Assembly: GCA_905178155.1 (NCBI GenBank)
Contig: CAJINV010000009.1
Span: 124,001-188,000, forward strand
DNA: 64,000 nucleotides
Reading direction: 5' to 3'
DNA from: Amoebophrya sp. A120
Lineage: Eukaryota; Protista; Dinoflagellata
In this document: one piece after another, positions 22,667 through 34,200 of the stretch
Layout: every line of letters begins with the position of its first letter
How positions within the stretch are numbered: position 1 is the stretch's first letter
Program-made: the position numbers and the translations under genes
Notes under the pieces: generated by a model
What the model was told of the DNA's origin: nothing
What the model saw: the letters and a program-made list of their open reading frames with translations, nothing else
The model's database searches: none

Positions 22667-25600
22667 ATGCAGCCGCGGGACTGGAAGAGGGAGACGATTT
22701 CGAACTCCCCCAGTCGCGATGACGATGCTGTTGACAGCACTGTTGTAGTGGCCCCCACGGAGCAGATCCTAAAGCCAAAGAAGCCGATTCTGCAAGCCAC
22801 GCAGCAGTACCACAAGACCAGCAATAAATCCGTTGGGAGCAGAAGTGTGCTAAACAGTAAAAGTGGCTCAACTGCGGGACATGTAGCATCAACACCAGCG
22901 GCACAGAGGAAAAGTAACAAAGTGGCGACTGAGCAGCAGAAACTTGAAGAGGAGCATTTTATTGTGTCGTCGGAGCAAAAGGAGCTGCATCAGATGCACC
23001 AGACGAACAAAGGGTCGTGGAACACTAGACCAGCACCGGAAGGAGCGCGGGTTGTCGAGGTCGAGCGACAGTCCTCAGCCTACGAAAGTTCTTTTTCCCG
23101 TCCGAATTTCCTCGTGCAAAACCTACACCAATCCGGCGGCAGCGTCTCGGTGCGGCCGTTCGCAACTGGTGCGGCCAGTACTTTTGCTAGCCAGCACGGA
23201 ACCACGAACTCTGGGTCCGTGTCGGTTCAGTTTCACCCCCCAGAGCGGCCTGCGCACCGCTACACACTTTCTTCTGCGTCTGCCTGGCGCCCGACTCTCA
23301 CCACTGCAAGCTACGTCAACGTGACGGCTGTGCCGGTAAGTCCGCCGGCGGGCGGCGGGGCAGGAGGGGGTACTGGAACTTCTTCGGCGTCCTCCGCCAC
23401 CTTCAACAGCGCGCTTCGCAGTACGCCGCCCGTGGTGCAAAATTGGCTCATGCAGCCGCCCTTCTTCGCGCAGCGGCAGACCAGCAGCGGCTTTCAGCAG
23501 ATTGGTGCCGAGGGGAGCAAGGCAGCGAGCACCTGTGCTCCTGTGGTCCATGTGATTTCAGGCACTTCGACCGCGCCACACCGACAGCAAAGCTCGCCAC
23601 AAGTTGTCGGCCTGTTCCCCGCGAATGAGCAAAGAAAACACGTTCTGGCACCAGCTACCAGACCGGGAGCGGGAGCTGGGGCGCAGCACACTATTGCGGT
23701 GGCGGCCAGACCACTTCCGCCGGAGGAAAGCGCTGTCATCGTGAACCAGCCTGTCCCTGGCGCACCAAATCATGCCTCTACTTCCTCTTCGTCAACAGCG
23801 AAGATCACCTCGACCACCACGACCGCGACCACGCGCGCGTCGACGCTGCCGCGCGGCCGCAGTCCAGATTTGGCTGGAAAAAACCAGCAGGTGCAGCGGG
23901 TTTCCTCTGCTTCGCACGCGAAGGCGCTCAGTGTGTCCCCGAATAAGGTGTTCACGCTCGAGGGACAGCTGAACCAGAATAGCATCTTGATGCGCGACTA
24001 CCGAGATGAGGAAGATAGAGATGCAGCTACGGGGCGCAGGGCTTCAACAAGTCAAGGCGGCGCTGGCGGTCTATCTCGCAGAAACAAAGTACTAGTGCGA
24101 GTGTTACTTCTTCTCGGAGTATAAAAGTTGCTCTACTTGTTACAACCTCCCCTCGAGGATACACATCCTGCTGTTTGTAGTTTCTGTTTGTCTATTTTAT
24201 TGGCTCATTATTGTGTCCTGGATTGAACCAGTGTGAGTCGACGGTTCGAGCAGCCGTATAATTTTGATTGAAAACTACAGGACTTCGTCCCACCTCATCT
24301 CGGTCCTCCTGCGCAACGCACCAGCGCACAGAGCAACAGAAGGGCGGACAGTGTTTCTGTCGATGCAAGCTTGCGCGCTTCCGCCAACGGAAGGACCACG
24401 TATCTTTCTGCCACGAGCGTTGAGGCCGAGGAAGTCGAGCCACTTATGATAGACCAGCACGCGGCCAGCAGCTCCGCGTCTCGCCGAGGTGCCTCCCAAG
24501 AAGAAGAAGAGGCAGAGGAACAGGATAGCAGTGAAACTTCCCTCGCACAAGAGTTGCAGCAGAAAATTCAGCTGATGCAAAAGAGAATCAACGAGCAAAG
24601 TGGCGAGATTCGGCAATTGAAGCATGACTTGAAGCAGAAGGACCAGAGCGTCGTGAAAGCGGAGAAGAAAGAGCTGGAAACGAAAAGACACCTGCAAGAG
24701 GCGCGAAAGGAAATCGCACAGTGCCGCATAGATATGACGAAGCAGAAGGAGGAAATTATGTCGCTCCAAGCTGAGTTGGACGCGAAAAAGAAGCAAGCAG
24801 AGCAGCAATCATTGAAGACGCGGCAAGAGCAGGTGGGAAAGCTGCAGGCGACGAAAGAGGTACTTACGAAACATGAAGTGTAGATGTTGATGCGATGACG
24901 TGTGTCGTGGCTGTAAGTAACCCCGATCGTGATCTTTCGTGATTTGGAACATGTAAAAACGTTCAATTTTTTGTTCATATACAAAAGCGAAATCTTTCCC
25001 ACATTCATCGGTTTCAGGCCCGAGAACTGCAGAAGAAGGTCGATCTGCTCGAGGCGCGCGAGAAAAATTTGATTTCCGTGACGAGTGTCCAGACGGTCGC
25101 GCTGAGTAGTAAAATGAGCACGGACGCCGGGAACCACGGCCAAGAACTTCTCATGACCACGGGGAGTGAGGAGGAGTATTCCTCGGACCAAAACGCAAGC
25201 GGGATGTCGGGCAGCGCAACTGCTGGCGTCCACGCAAACATGTCTGTGGTCTCGGGAATTCACGAAACGCCGAAACCGGTTGTACTTATTTGCAGATTTT
25301 TTGAACAAGCTGCTTTTTGATTGGATGCGAATCGGTTGAAAGATCTCCTCGTAGTAGCAAAGTTGAAAACAAATACAAAATCCGGTCATCTATCCACAGA
25401 GTCCTCGTAAATCCGTTTCTTCCACGGACCCCCGAACGGTGGTGTCGTTGCGCGACCTGTCTGAAATCAAGGCGCTGAAGAAACCGCCCGAGGCGGTACG
25501 CTTGCTATTCGAGGCGTGTTGTCTGTACTTGCACATTGAGCCGAATAAGCGGTTCGATTCCAATTCTAAGCAGTGGGTGGTGGACTACTGGGAACCCTCG

Positions 25601-25936
25601 CGGAAGCACATTCTCTCCGACTCGCACTTCATGCAGAAGCTGCGCAAAGCCAATCCGGGGAACGAAATTCTGCAGCAGATCCAGCTGTTGTGGAACAACC
25701 ACCCGACCGTTTTGACCGAGGAAAAAGTCGCCAACTGCTGCCGTGCGGCCAAGCCGCTCTTCAAATTTATCGAGGGCGTGGCGTTCGGCGATGCTAGCGT
25801 CATGAACAGCATCGCCGTGGACCACAGTCTGGGCTTGCTGGGGTGCAGTCCGGCGAAGGTGCTGAACTTCGAGGGAGGTGGCGCAGGAACGAATGGTGTT
25901 GGAGCCTCGGCGGGTGCTGTGGGGGCGAGTGCATAA
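22667..25936 (+). CDS. Low-complexity plus coiled-coil protein with a C-terminal dynein-stalk microtubule-binding-like domain; exons 22667-24088, 24281-24859, 25018-25278, 25400-25936
   Basis: Three phase-0 GT-AG introns join the ORFs. The last exon, DLSEIKALKKPPEAVRLLFEACCLYL...DYWEPSRKHILSDSHFMQKL...AAKPLFKFI, resembles the axonemal dynein heavy-chain MTBD. Confidence 0.75.
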
Positions 25937-26870
25937 CTTGAAGTTTTTTTGATCAAAACTCGAAACCGAAATTCATTGATGCCGCACGCACACTTTTTTA
26001 CTTTGGTCTTGTTTGCTGTTGAGTTTGTTTCATCGATTCAATGACACCTTCTCTTTCTCACGTGAATGAACTGGTTTGGCCGAGCGACAATTTTCTTCAG
26101 ATTTCCTCCATGTTTTCTTCCACCATGACGATATGTTTGGAAGCCTATTGTGTGGTTTTCGCCTTTCAGATTTTTACTTTTTTGTAATCGACATGGATGG
26201 CAGACTTAGACTTTTCACAGCATCTACGAGAGCCAATTTTTTTTGTTTGCAAGGAACTTCTCAGCATCATCTTGTTGGCAAGTCATATTACATGGGACGA
26301 AGCCTTGGCCTTGCTGCTCTGCAGAAGCACCGCCCCGTTGCCGTGCGGACAGATTGCTGGCGTTTTGTGAACAAAGGTTCCGGCACTAGCTGGAGGTCCG
26401 GTTGCGAGTAAGTACCCCTCAGCAAAAATGGGAGTACAGCGGAGATCTTAGGATCCACCATAACTGAAGATCACGCCAGGAGTGTACCCATTCTGGTTGT
26501 CTCGAAGTGATTTGGTCGTGCCAGATCGTCGCTTTTCCGATCTCATCTTTGTTTTCAGGTCGTTGCTATCTACTTGTGGACCAAGATGATAGACTTAGAC
26601 AGGAGGACTAGCAAAGTAGAAAGCATATTTTTATACGTTTCTTTCGCGGCAGCCCCAGTCCTCTGCTCTCGATGAAATTTGTGATTCGCAGTCTGCGCAG
26701 TTCGCGCAAGTTGTGTACTTAGACTTACTGACTTAGTTTCCGCTCTTGGTGTTACGTGGGTTTTCGTGACAACAGCGACATCTTCAACTCCTATGCGACT
26801 CTGAGATCATTTTCATTATAGATAATTTTCCTGATTCTTTTATTTTTGCTTTCCAATTAGATCATCGAGG

Positions 26871-28663
26871 ATGGACGATGTTTCGCAGAAAAGCGGGCGC
26901 CAGCTGGTCGATTTTCTGCTGCAGCAGTCCAGCTTTGAGGAGAAGAAAAAGCAGACGCAACGAATCCTCGTGGACTGCTACCCGTACCCGGAAAAACTCG
27001 CGGACGTTCTGGAGCTACTGGTCGACTCCGACCGGTTTCAAACCTACGAATTAAGGGCGGTCTTCAACCAGATTGTTGCAGATTACTGCGCGCTCAACAG
27101 CAGTGGAGCGGAAGAACAAAAGGTTGATGCGTTGACGAAGGGCATTGAAATAACTCTTGCGAAGATTATGGCGAAAAAGTCGCGGCTCGCCCGCGGGTTC
27201 GAGGAGGAGGACAAGAAACTGCGCTACGTGTTGGCAAACAAAATGATCTCCCAGTCGCAGTCAAACGAAAAGCTCGTTCAGGCGGCGCAGGTGCTCACGC
27301 AGATGAAGCTTTTCGACTGCGTTCCCGGACCGGATAAGGAAAAAGAAGTAGTGCGGGAGAAGGTACAAGTGATGGTAACCTTGTATTAGAAAGACAGAGC
27401 GCCTCCTGCTCATCGTGGTTATCATTTGCGCACACTGTTCTTGTCGTCCGTCACTGTATTCTGCTTTCGCTCTCTTCATGATTTCGAGAAGATACGTACT
27501 TACGATTTTCCTCCACTCGTGAAGCATTTCCTTATACGTGTTCTGTTGCGCAATCCCTGCTTTTATATTCCGAACCTAGGTTCTTGCCTATGTCGAAATT
27601 GCGGAGCTTGGCCTGCAGACGGAATCGAAGGAATTGCTCGAGAACTACTGTGCGCGCGCGGGTATGCTGGTACACAACCAAGACGATGGGGAACTAGATC
27701 TACGATATCGTAGTACGCACGCCCGGTTGCTGGATAGTCGCGGGAAGTACGCGGATGCGGCCGCACGATACGTCGACATGCTGGATAAGTGCTCTGCTCC
27801 GAGCACGTCCTCGTCGACAGCAACAGAACAAAGCTCACCCACTAAGGATCCGTCTCCCGCCGACTGTTTGACGGCCGCATACCGCGCTGCGAAAAATAAC
27901 CGCAACGAGTTGCTTCTCAACGCGATTCAGTGCACCATCCTCGCGCCGTCCGGCGCGGCACGGACGCGGCTGCTGAAAACCCTGCAGCAACATGCATTGC
28001 TGAAAGACTACGAGAATCGAACGGGCGGGGAAAGGAGGTTGAGCAAGCTATTAGCCGTGATGCTCGAAAACCGCTTCGTCCGACCAAAAGAGGTGCTGGA
28101 AATGGAAAAACTTTTGCTAGCGCACAAAACCGGAGCCTACAGTGGGAGCCGAGACAGCGGAAGCGAAGACATCGTCATGGTCGACGCTGTTGAAAGTGGT
28201 ATCAAAATTAAAATGCTTCATCTACGACTTCGGTTTACTTCCTTCGCTTCATCAAAGCTCGATACAAGCACAAGAGCCAAGCAAACGCAAATGGCCACGA
28301 CTTGTCAATACGAAAAAAAAACTTGCAGGCCAAAAGCCTTCCACGACGACACCCCCCCAGCAGAACAACAAGGCGCGCGTATTGCGACAGGCCATCAGCG
28401 AGCACAATATCGTTATTGCCTCGAACTTCTACAGCTCTATCCACCTGCGAAAACTAGAAAAAATCGCGCCCCGGGCGGAGCGACTGGCGGCCAAGATGAT
28501 ATTTGACAAGCGACTTCGGGGCAGCATTGACCAGGAAGCAGGGTTGTTGCATTTTGAGGAAGACGCAATGGCCGCAGAGCTAGCTCGGGACGAGGAGGGA
28601 ATAAAGTTACTACTGGACAAGGTAGAAAGCATCGCTATCAAGCTGGGCGCAACGACAAACTAA
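26871..28663 (+). CDS. CSN4: COP9 signalosome subunit 4 (PCI domain); exons 26871-27374, 27580-28198, 28329-28663
   Basis: Motifs YRSTHARLLDSRGKYADAAARY, AIQCTILAPSGAARTRLL, VLRQAISEHNIVIASNFY and AERLAAKMIFDKRLRGSIDQ match CSN4. The two GT-AG introns are phase-consistent. The start could lie in an upstream exon. Confidence 0.85.
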
Positions 28664-29075
28664 ATAAGTACGTTGTTGTCGAATCTTCGTTAGCGTTGCA
28701 TCTGTGCAAGCGTGTCTTACTGCTATGAGAAAAACGTATAGCATTTCTGCGTCCGTTCCAAATACGTTCCCATCAGCATGGACTGAAGATCAAAAGTGTC
28801 AACCTGAAAATCAAAATTGCTGAAGATCCAGAAATTTTCAAGATCCTCTTCGTAAAATTGGTTCATCATATGCTCCATGCCAATGTTCAAGGAATAGGTG
28901 AGACTGAGAACGAAGGAATAGGTGAGACTCAGACCGAATTGGCAATTCATTGCAACTTCAAATTGACCAGCGAGTTTTGATTCTGCTAAACGTCAAGGGA
29001 CCAAAGAAATTAACGTTTTCTATCTGTTCTTTATAGGCATCAAGCGACACTACACAAAAGAAGAGCTCAACGACC

Positions 29076-30647
29076 ATGACTATCGACGCGACCGCCTTCC
29101 TCAATCGCCTTGCAGGACCCACCTGGGAGGAGGTCCAGGAGTGCCTTTTGAGCGAGAACACGTCCTATGGTATTCAGGTTCTGTACCGCTGCATGTTTGC
29201 GGTCCGAAGCAAGGCTCCCTCCCAGAAGCACGGCATCGATATTCTCCGGCAGGCCTTGAATCACGACGATTCGTCGAGGGCGACCGTAATACCAAGCAGA
29301 AAGCGAAGTAGTGAAGAGGCAAACCAGGAACAGGAAGGCAGCGAAATAGAAGTTGGGCCGACAAAGCAGCAGAAGATAATTTCTTCCGAGCAGAATCAGA
29401 AAGCCGCCAGGCCAGACAAGCAGTCGATTCTGTTCCGGCACGAGTGTTGCTACTTGCTCGGCCAATTTGGGGCCGATGTGGAGGAATTCGAGCTGAAGCA
29501 GCAGGCGTTTGAGTCACTGCTGCAGGTCTTGGACGATGCGACTGAGGATGAGGTCACTCGGCACGAGGCCGCGGAAGGAATTGCGGCGATTTTCAACAAT
29601 AACCTGCGAGACGAGGATGAGGAAAGGATTCGGGACTATTTCCACAAGATTTACACGCAGCGCACGAGAATACATGGTGCGGCTCTGACGTCGGCACTGC
29701 TTGGAGATGATGAAGAACTAGAACGCCAAGAAGACCACGAAGAGCTGGACTCGCACTTGACTTTTGCGCCGGAAAGGAACGAGTTCGCAGACGCACCAAG
29801 CCCTTCTTCTAACACCTACGAAGCAACTGCGGACACGGACGAGGAGCTCGAAGATGAAGTCTCACCTCCCATAGAAGCAGAAACACCCATCATTGATGCG
29901 GTGAAAGAGAAAACATTATTTGTCAGCGACAGCACCAAAAGTGCGAAGACACTGATGTTTCGGCGACGAAATGACACCTTGATCAAACTTCTCGAGCAGT
30001 ACGTTTTGCCTAGTGAAGGAGGAGCCTCGGAAATAGAGAGCCGAATGTCCTCGTCTGGTTCCACTACAATGTCTCCGACCAGCCAACGGCCTTTGACCGC
30101 TCTGAGCCAAACCTGCTATTTGGCCGTGGAGGGCTTGCGGCGCGAAACCGCCCGCGTCTGCGCTTGCCAGTTTGCCAGTTACGACCCGGCGCTCGGCGAA
30201 GCGAATGCGACCAAACAAGACATTCCGCGATTACTGGCAACGCTTTCCGACCCCAAGGTCGAACTGTTTCAGCGCTACATTGCGATGTTCACACTGCGGA
30301 ATTTGAACGCTGTGCAGCCGCTGGGCGAGGCGCTCTTGTCTGACCGGTCCAGTCCGGTGCTGCGGCACGAGATCGCGTTCATCCTGGGCCAAATCGAGTC
30401 CGAGGAGGCCGTCCACTTTTTGGCGGAAAACCTAAATTTGCCGCACAACGCGGAACACGGCATGGTGCGACACGAGTCCGCTATCGCGCTCGGCAGCATC
30501 GGCGGGGAGAGCGCGAAGGAGTGGCTCCGCCGTTTCTGTCACGACCCGGACGTGCTCGTGGCGGAGAGCTGTTTGGTTGCGCTAGACACAATCCACTACT
30601 GGGAAATGTGGGAACGAGAAGAGGAACGCATACTCAACCAAAGATGA
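29076..30647 (+). CDS. DOHH: Deoxyhypusine hydroxylase (HEAT-repeat di-iron monooxygenase)
   Basis: Four His-Glu motifs (FRHECCYLLGQ, TRHEAAEG, LRHEIAFILGQ, VRHESAIALGSIG), plus SYDPA and LFQRYIAMFTLRN. Confidence 0.92.
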   Translation: MTIDATAFLNRLAGPTWEEVQECLLSENTSYGIQVLYRCMFAVRSKAPSQKHGIDILRQALNHDDSSRATVIPSRKRSSEEANQEQEGSEIEVGPTKQQKIISSEQNQKAARPDKQSILFRHECCYLLGQFGADVEEFELKQQAFESLLQVLDDATEDEVTRHEAAEGIAAIFNNNLRDEDEERIRDYFHKIYTQRTRIHGAALTSALLGDDEELERQEDHEELDSHLTFAPERNEFADAPSPSSNTYEATADTDEELEDEVSPPIEAETPIIDAVKEKTLFVSDSTKSAKTLMFRRRNDTLIKLLEQYVLPSEGGASEIESRMSSSGSTTMSPTSQRPLTALSQTCYLAVEGLRRETARVCACQFASYDPALGEANATKQDIPRLLATLSDPKVELFQRYIAMFTLRNLNAVQPLGEALLSDRSSPVLRHEIAFILGQIESEEAVHFLAENLNLPHNAEHGMVRHESAIALGSIGGESAKEWLRRFCHDPDVLVAESCLVALDTIHYWEMWEREEERILNQR

Positions 30648-31296
30648 AAATTTGACAAAGCAGAGCGACCGCGTTTTCAGCGACCTTTTCAAGAATACAC
30701 ACATTACAGATCATCTCCAACATGGCATGAGTTTTTCAGCTGTTTTTGCTATGCCTCTGCCTCGCTGATTGTCCTCGTGTTCATATTTTCGCATCAGGTG
30801 ACTGCCCGGAGTGGCAGCGGTTTGCGTTCTTGTATGGTAGGTATCAAATAGTCCAAGTGGTCGTACTCTTTTTCCTTTTCGTGCTATGCAAACCGGTCTT
30901 CAGCCCGGTGGTTCTTCATCGTTCGTGCAAACAGTGTGCAAGCATCTCGTCGTCGTCCTGTTTCCGTTTAGGCAATCGTACTGCATTCAAGTTTTGTTCG
31001 TCGTCGTACCAAAAAAGATCGTTGTCGTTGCTCCTTCTCAGGATTTATCCGCAATGTACGCGGCTGTGGGTTATCGTTTCCAACAAGATGGAGCACTCAC
31101 AGGGAAGTAGAAGATGCACAAATCTTGCTTGAAGAGCTGCTATCATCGTATTCGTAATCGTACCTGCTCCCTGGATTGAAGTAATTAATTCTTACTCCCC
31201 ACACGACCCGCAAACAATTTGATCCGCATTCGTGCAACCTCTGTTCGATGATTTCCTCTTAGTATACGACAGAAATCAAAAGCAACTTCGGCGAAG

Positions 31297-34200
31297 ATGT
31301 TCACGCTTGTCTTCGGCAAGAACGTTGACGTCCACTGGCTCAACGGTGGGTACTGCAAGTTTCTCTTCACTTACTTCCTGGTGCTGATTCTCGGCGTGAA
31401 GATCCAGTACTGGATATCCTGAGCAAAAACGTCCCCACCCCCGAGTTGTCATGCAGATTTGCAATGGCAGGAACATTTGTAATGCGCATCTTCATGAGAA
31501 GCGTTTCCAAATCCAATCGTGTTTTGCAATTTGTAATGCTGTAAACAGGATGAGAAAGTCATGCGGCTCTCCTTGCTAGCCAGCACTACACTGCAGATGG
31601 AAACTTGTCATGCAGAAGTCCCAAAACTTGGGAATTTGTGTTGCAGACCTCCCATCTTGACTATGGTGTGGGGACGTTTTTACATAGGATACTGGATCAA
31701 CCAGGAGCGATGGTTGGCCAGGCACAGCAACGACTACTACGTATCAAATGTAAAAATGTCTGGGTCTGGAAAGATGTAACTTGTGATGCGCATTTCAGAA
31801 CACACAAAAATCTCTGATGCATAGGCAGCCAAAGCTGCTCACTTTCTGTCACCAAAATGGAGGATTTGTCATGCGGATTCGGCATTGCGGAAGCTTCTCG
31901 AAACCTGTGATGCTAGAGCTTCCATGCCAGACCTTCGGTGTCATGCAGAAACAGCATCACTCTTCCAGACCCAGACATTTTTACATTTGATACTACGGGA
32001 ACACAGACTACTACTACACGCATTTGCTAGGTGGCTACTTGATGGAGGACAGAATGCGCTCAATAAGAGGCATGGTGGCGCCGGTGGCTTCTAACGGAAA
32101 TTTGACGGTTGTGCTAGAAGAGGAAGCGCAAGGAAATGCCTCGAACACTTCTGAAGCTGAGGTTACAGGGCTTTCAAGTTTTTCTCAAATAATGCGCAAG
32201 AAAGATGCTAACAGCAGCTGGCAAGTCCAGCAAGTGGGATTAAATGACGGCAAGCCGCTCCCCATGAAGCAGCACTACCACATGATCCGCTGGGACCTGT
32301 CGCAGGTTTTGCAGGAGGTGGTCGAGGCCATGCTGATGCACAACATCACGTCCAAGGCTTCCTTCGACGAGAAACTGGGGAAGATCCAGGAGGACCCGCA
32401 CACAAAGGCGTTATTTTGGGAGATGTTCGTCGGGAGTGTGGAGATCAAGTTGACAGAGATTCGGCCCAACGAGTACGGCTTTGTTTCGGAGGAGAAACAC
32501 GACCCGCTCTACCGGACCCCAGCGGACATCCGCCAGATCCAGCAGTACCAGCACTTTGCCGGCAACGTGACCCTGTACATCGCGGACCGACTCGCGGTGC
32601 ACGCGTTGCGCACCTACATCGACACCTATTTCAAGCCCTTCCACTCCCGGACCCAGAAGTACGCGGGCTACAAGGACGAGTACCTCTATTTTCCGGTAGA
32701 CGTGACCTTGAAGTCGGCACAGAATCTGTGGGGGCATCTGTCCTTCGTTGAAATTCTCGAAGTTTTGGGCAAGTTGCTCGAAGCGGAGAAGGAGGAGGAC
32801 AGGTTGGGAATTTTAGAAGGGTATGACGATGACCAAAATGCTGCTGGTGCTGTAACATGGATCACGAATAATGGGATTGGCAATGAAACGACTCCCACCC
32901 CCGGAAATAACGGGACAACTATCGGACCGAACGAAACCGGTACAACAAACGACGGCGTGGTACGCTTAAAGATCAACATCCCAGTTGGTGAGGAAAGCCA
33001 ACACTCCCAATCCTTTTTACAGCGCGACGTGAACGACAGTAACGAAACCACTGTAAAGAACGCCACGACAGCAGGTAACCAGACTGGAATTGGAAGAAAC
33101 GATTCCAATTCCACACATAAATCGTTGTCCGGAAGAGGAACCACGTTTGGGTCATGGGGAGATGTGAACTTGAAAGTGGAAGTTCCTGGGATAAAAATTG
33201 ACATGGACTTCTTTGGTGACATTACGAAATTGGACGTCGATGAGGTCCGCGAGAAGCTCGATCTGAACGCCTGGAAGGAGAAGCTGATCGCTCGGCACGG
33301 GCGGCTGAAGGCGTACGAGGACCCGTTTCTGAAGCTGCTCACAAGTGACTGGGTGCTGAAGAAATCGGTGAAGCTGGAGGCCAATCTACAGGAGCGCCAG
33401 AAGCTGCTTGGCCTGGAGTGGCTTGGCACAGCCCGGTTTTTTACGCACGAGCAATTGGCTTTGCTCCAGATGACGCAGGAGGTGTTCCAGGATGTTCTCC
33501 AGCTGCTGCGGCTGGACGTGCGCAGTCTCGCGGCGTGGCAGCAGTTTGTGCAAGATACCTCCACCAGGCACGGCTACGGCGACCACGTGTTACCCAACGG
33601 CCAGAGGCTGGGCAAAGTGCAGCTGCCCTCCGTGAGAGACCTGGAGCAGGTGAACCACGTACTGCGCGGCATGCTCAAGCTCATGAGCATCCCCGAGAAC
33701 CAGGATGCCATGGATGCCGAAGCAGAGGAGATTTTCGAAGATCTGGAAGCCGGGGACTTCGAGGGGGCAAAAGACCGCATGGTCAACGCGATGAATGAAG
33801 TTTTGGAGGAGGTCGAGCCCTTCACCATTCCCGGCTGGTTCAGTTTCAAGAACGGAGGGAGTGACGTCGCAGTTACCCCCTCCAAGGGCTCGGGCAAAGG
33901 AACGGGCGCAACCAAAGGCACGGGAAAAGGAACAGACAGCGACGTCTTGGACCCTTTCCTCCCTGAAAACAGCGACAACAGCACTGTAATCCCTCCGATT
34001 GTAGTGCTCGATGACGCCCTTTCGGAAGAGATTATCGACGACGTGCTGGGGAGCATCACGGGGGAAGTTGACGCAGAGAACATATTGCACGGTCAAGCCG
34101 ACAGCACAACGGAAGAGCCGCAAAACCAAATTCCTGTTACGCCGCTTGCCTCGACGGAAGCCCCGGACACGACGTCTGCTACGCCAACACCGGAAACTCC

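Noticed and set aside
28200-28328. TATCAAAATTAAAATG at the start of CSN4 intron 2 resembles the family A terminus
   Set aside because: I found no matching inverted end or TSD, and the intron is explained by phase-compatible GT-AG sites (28199-28328).
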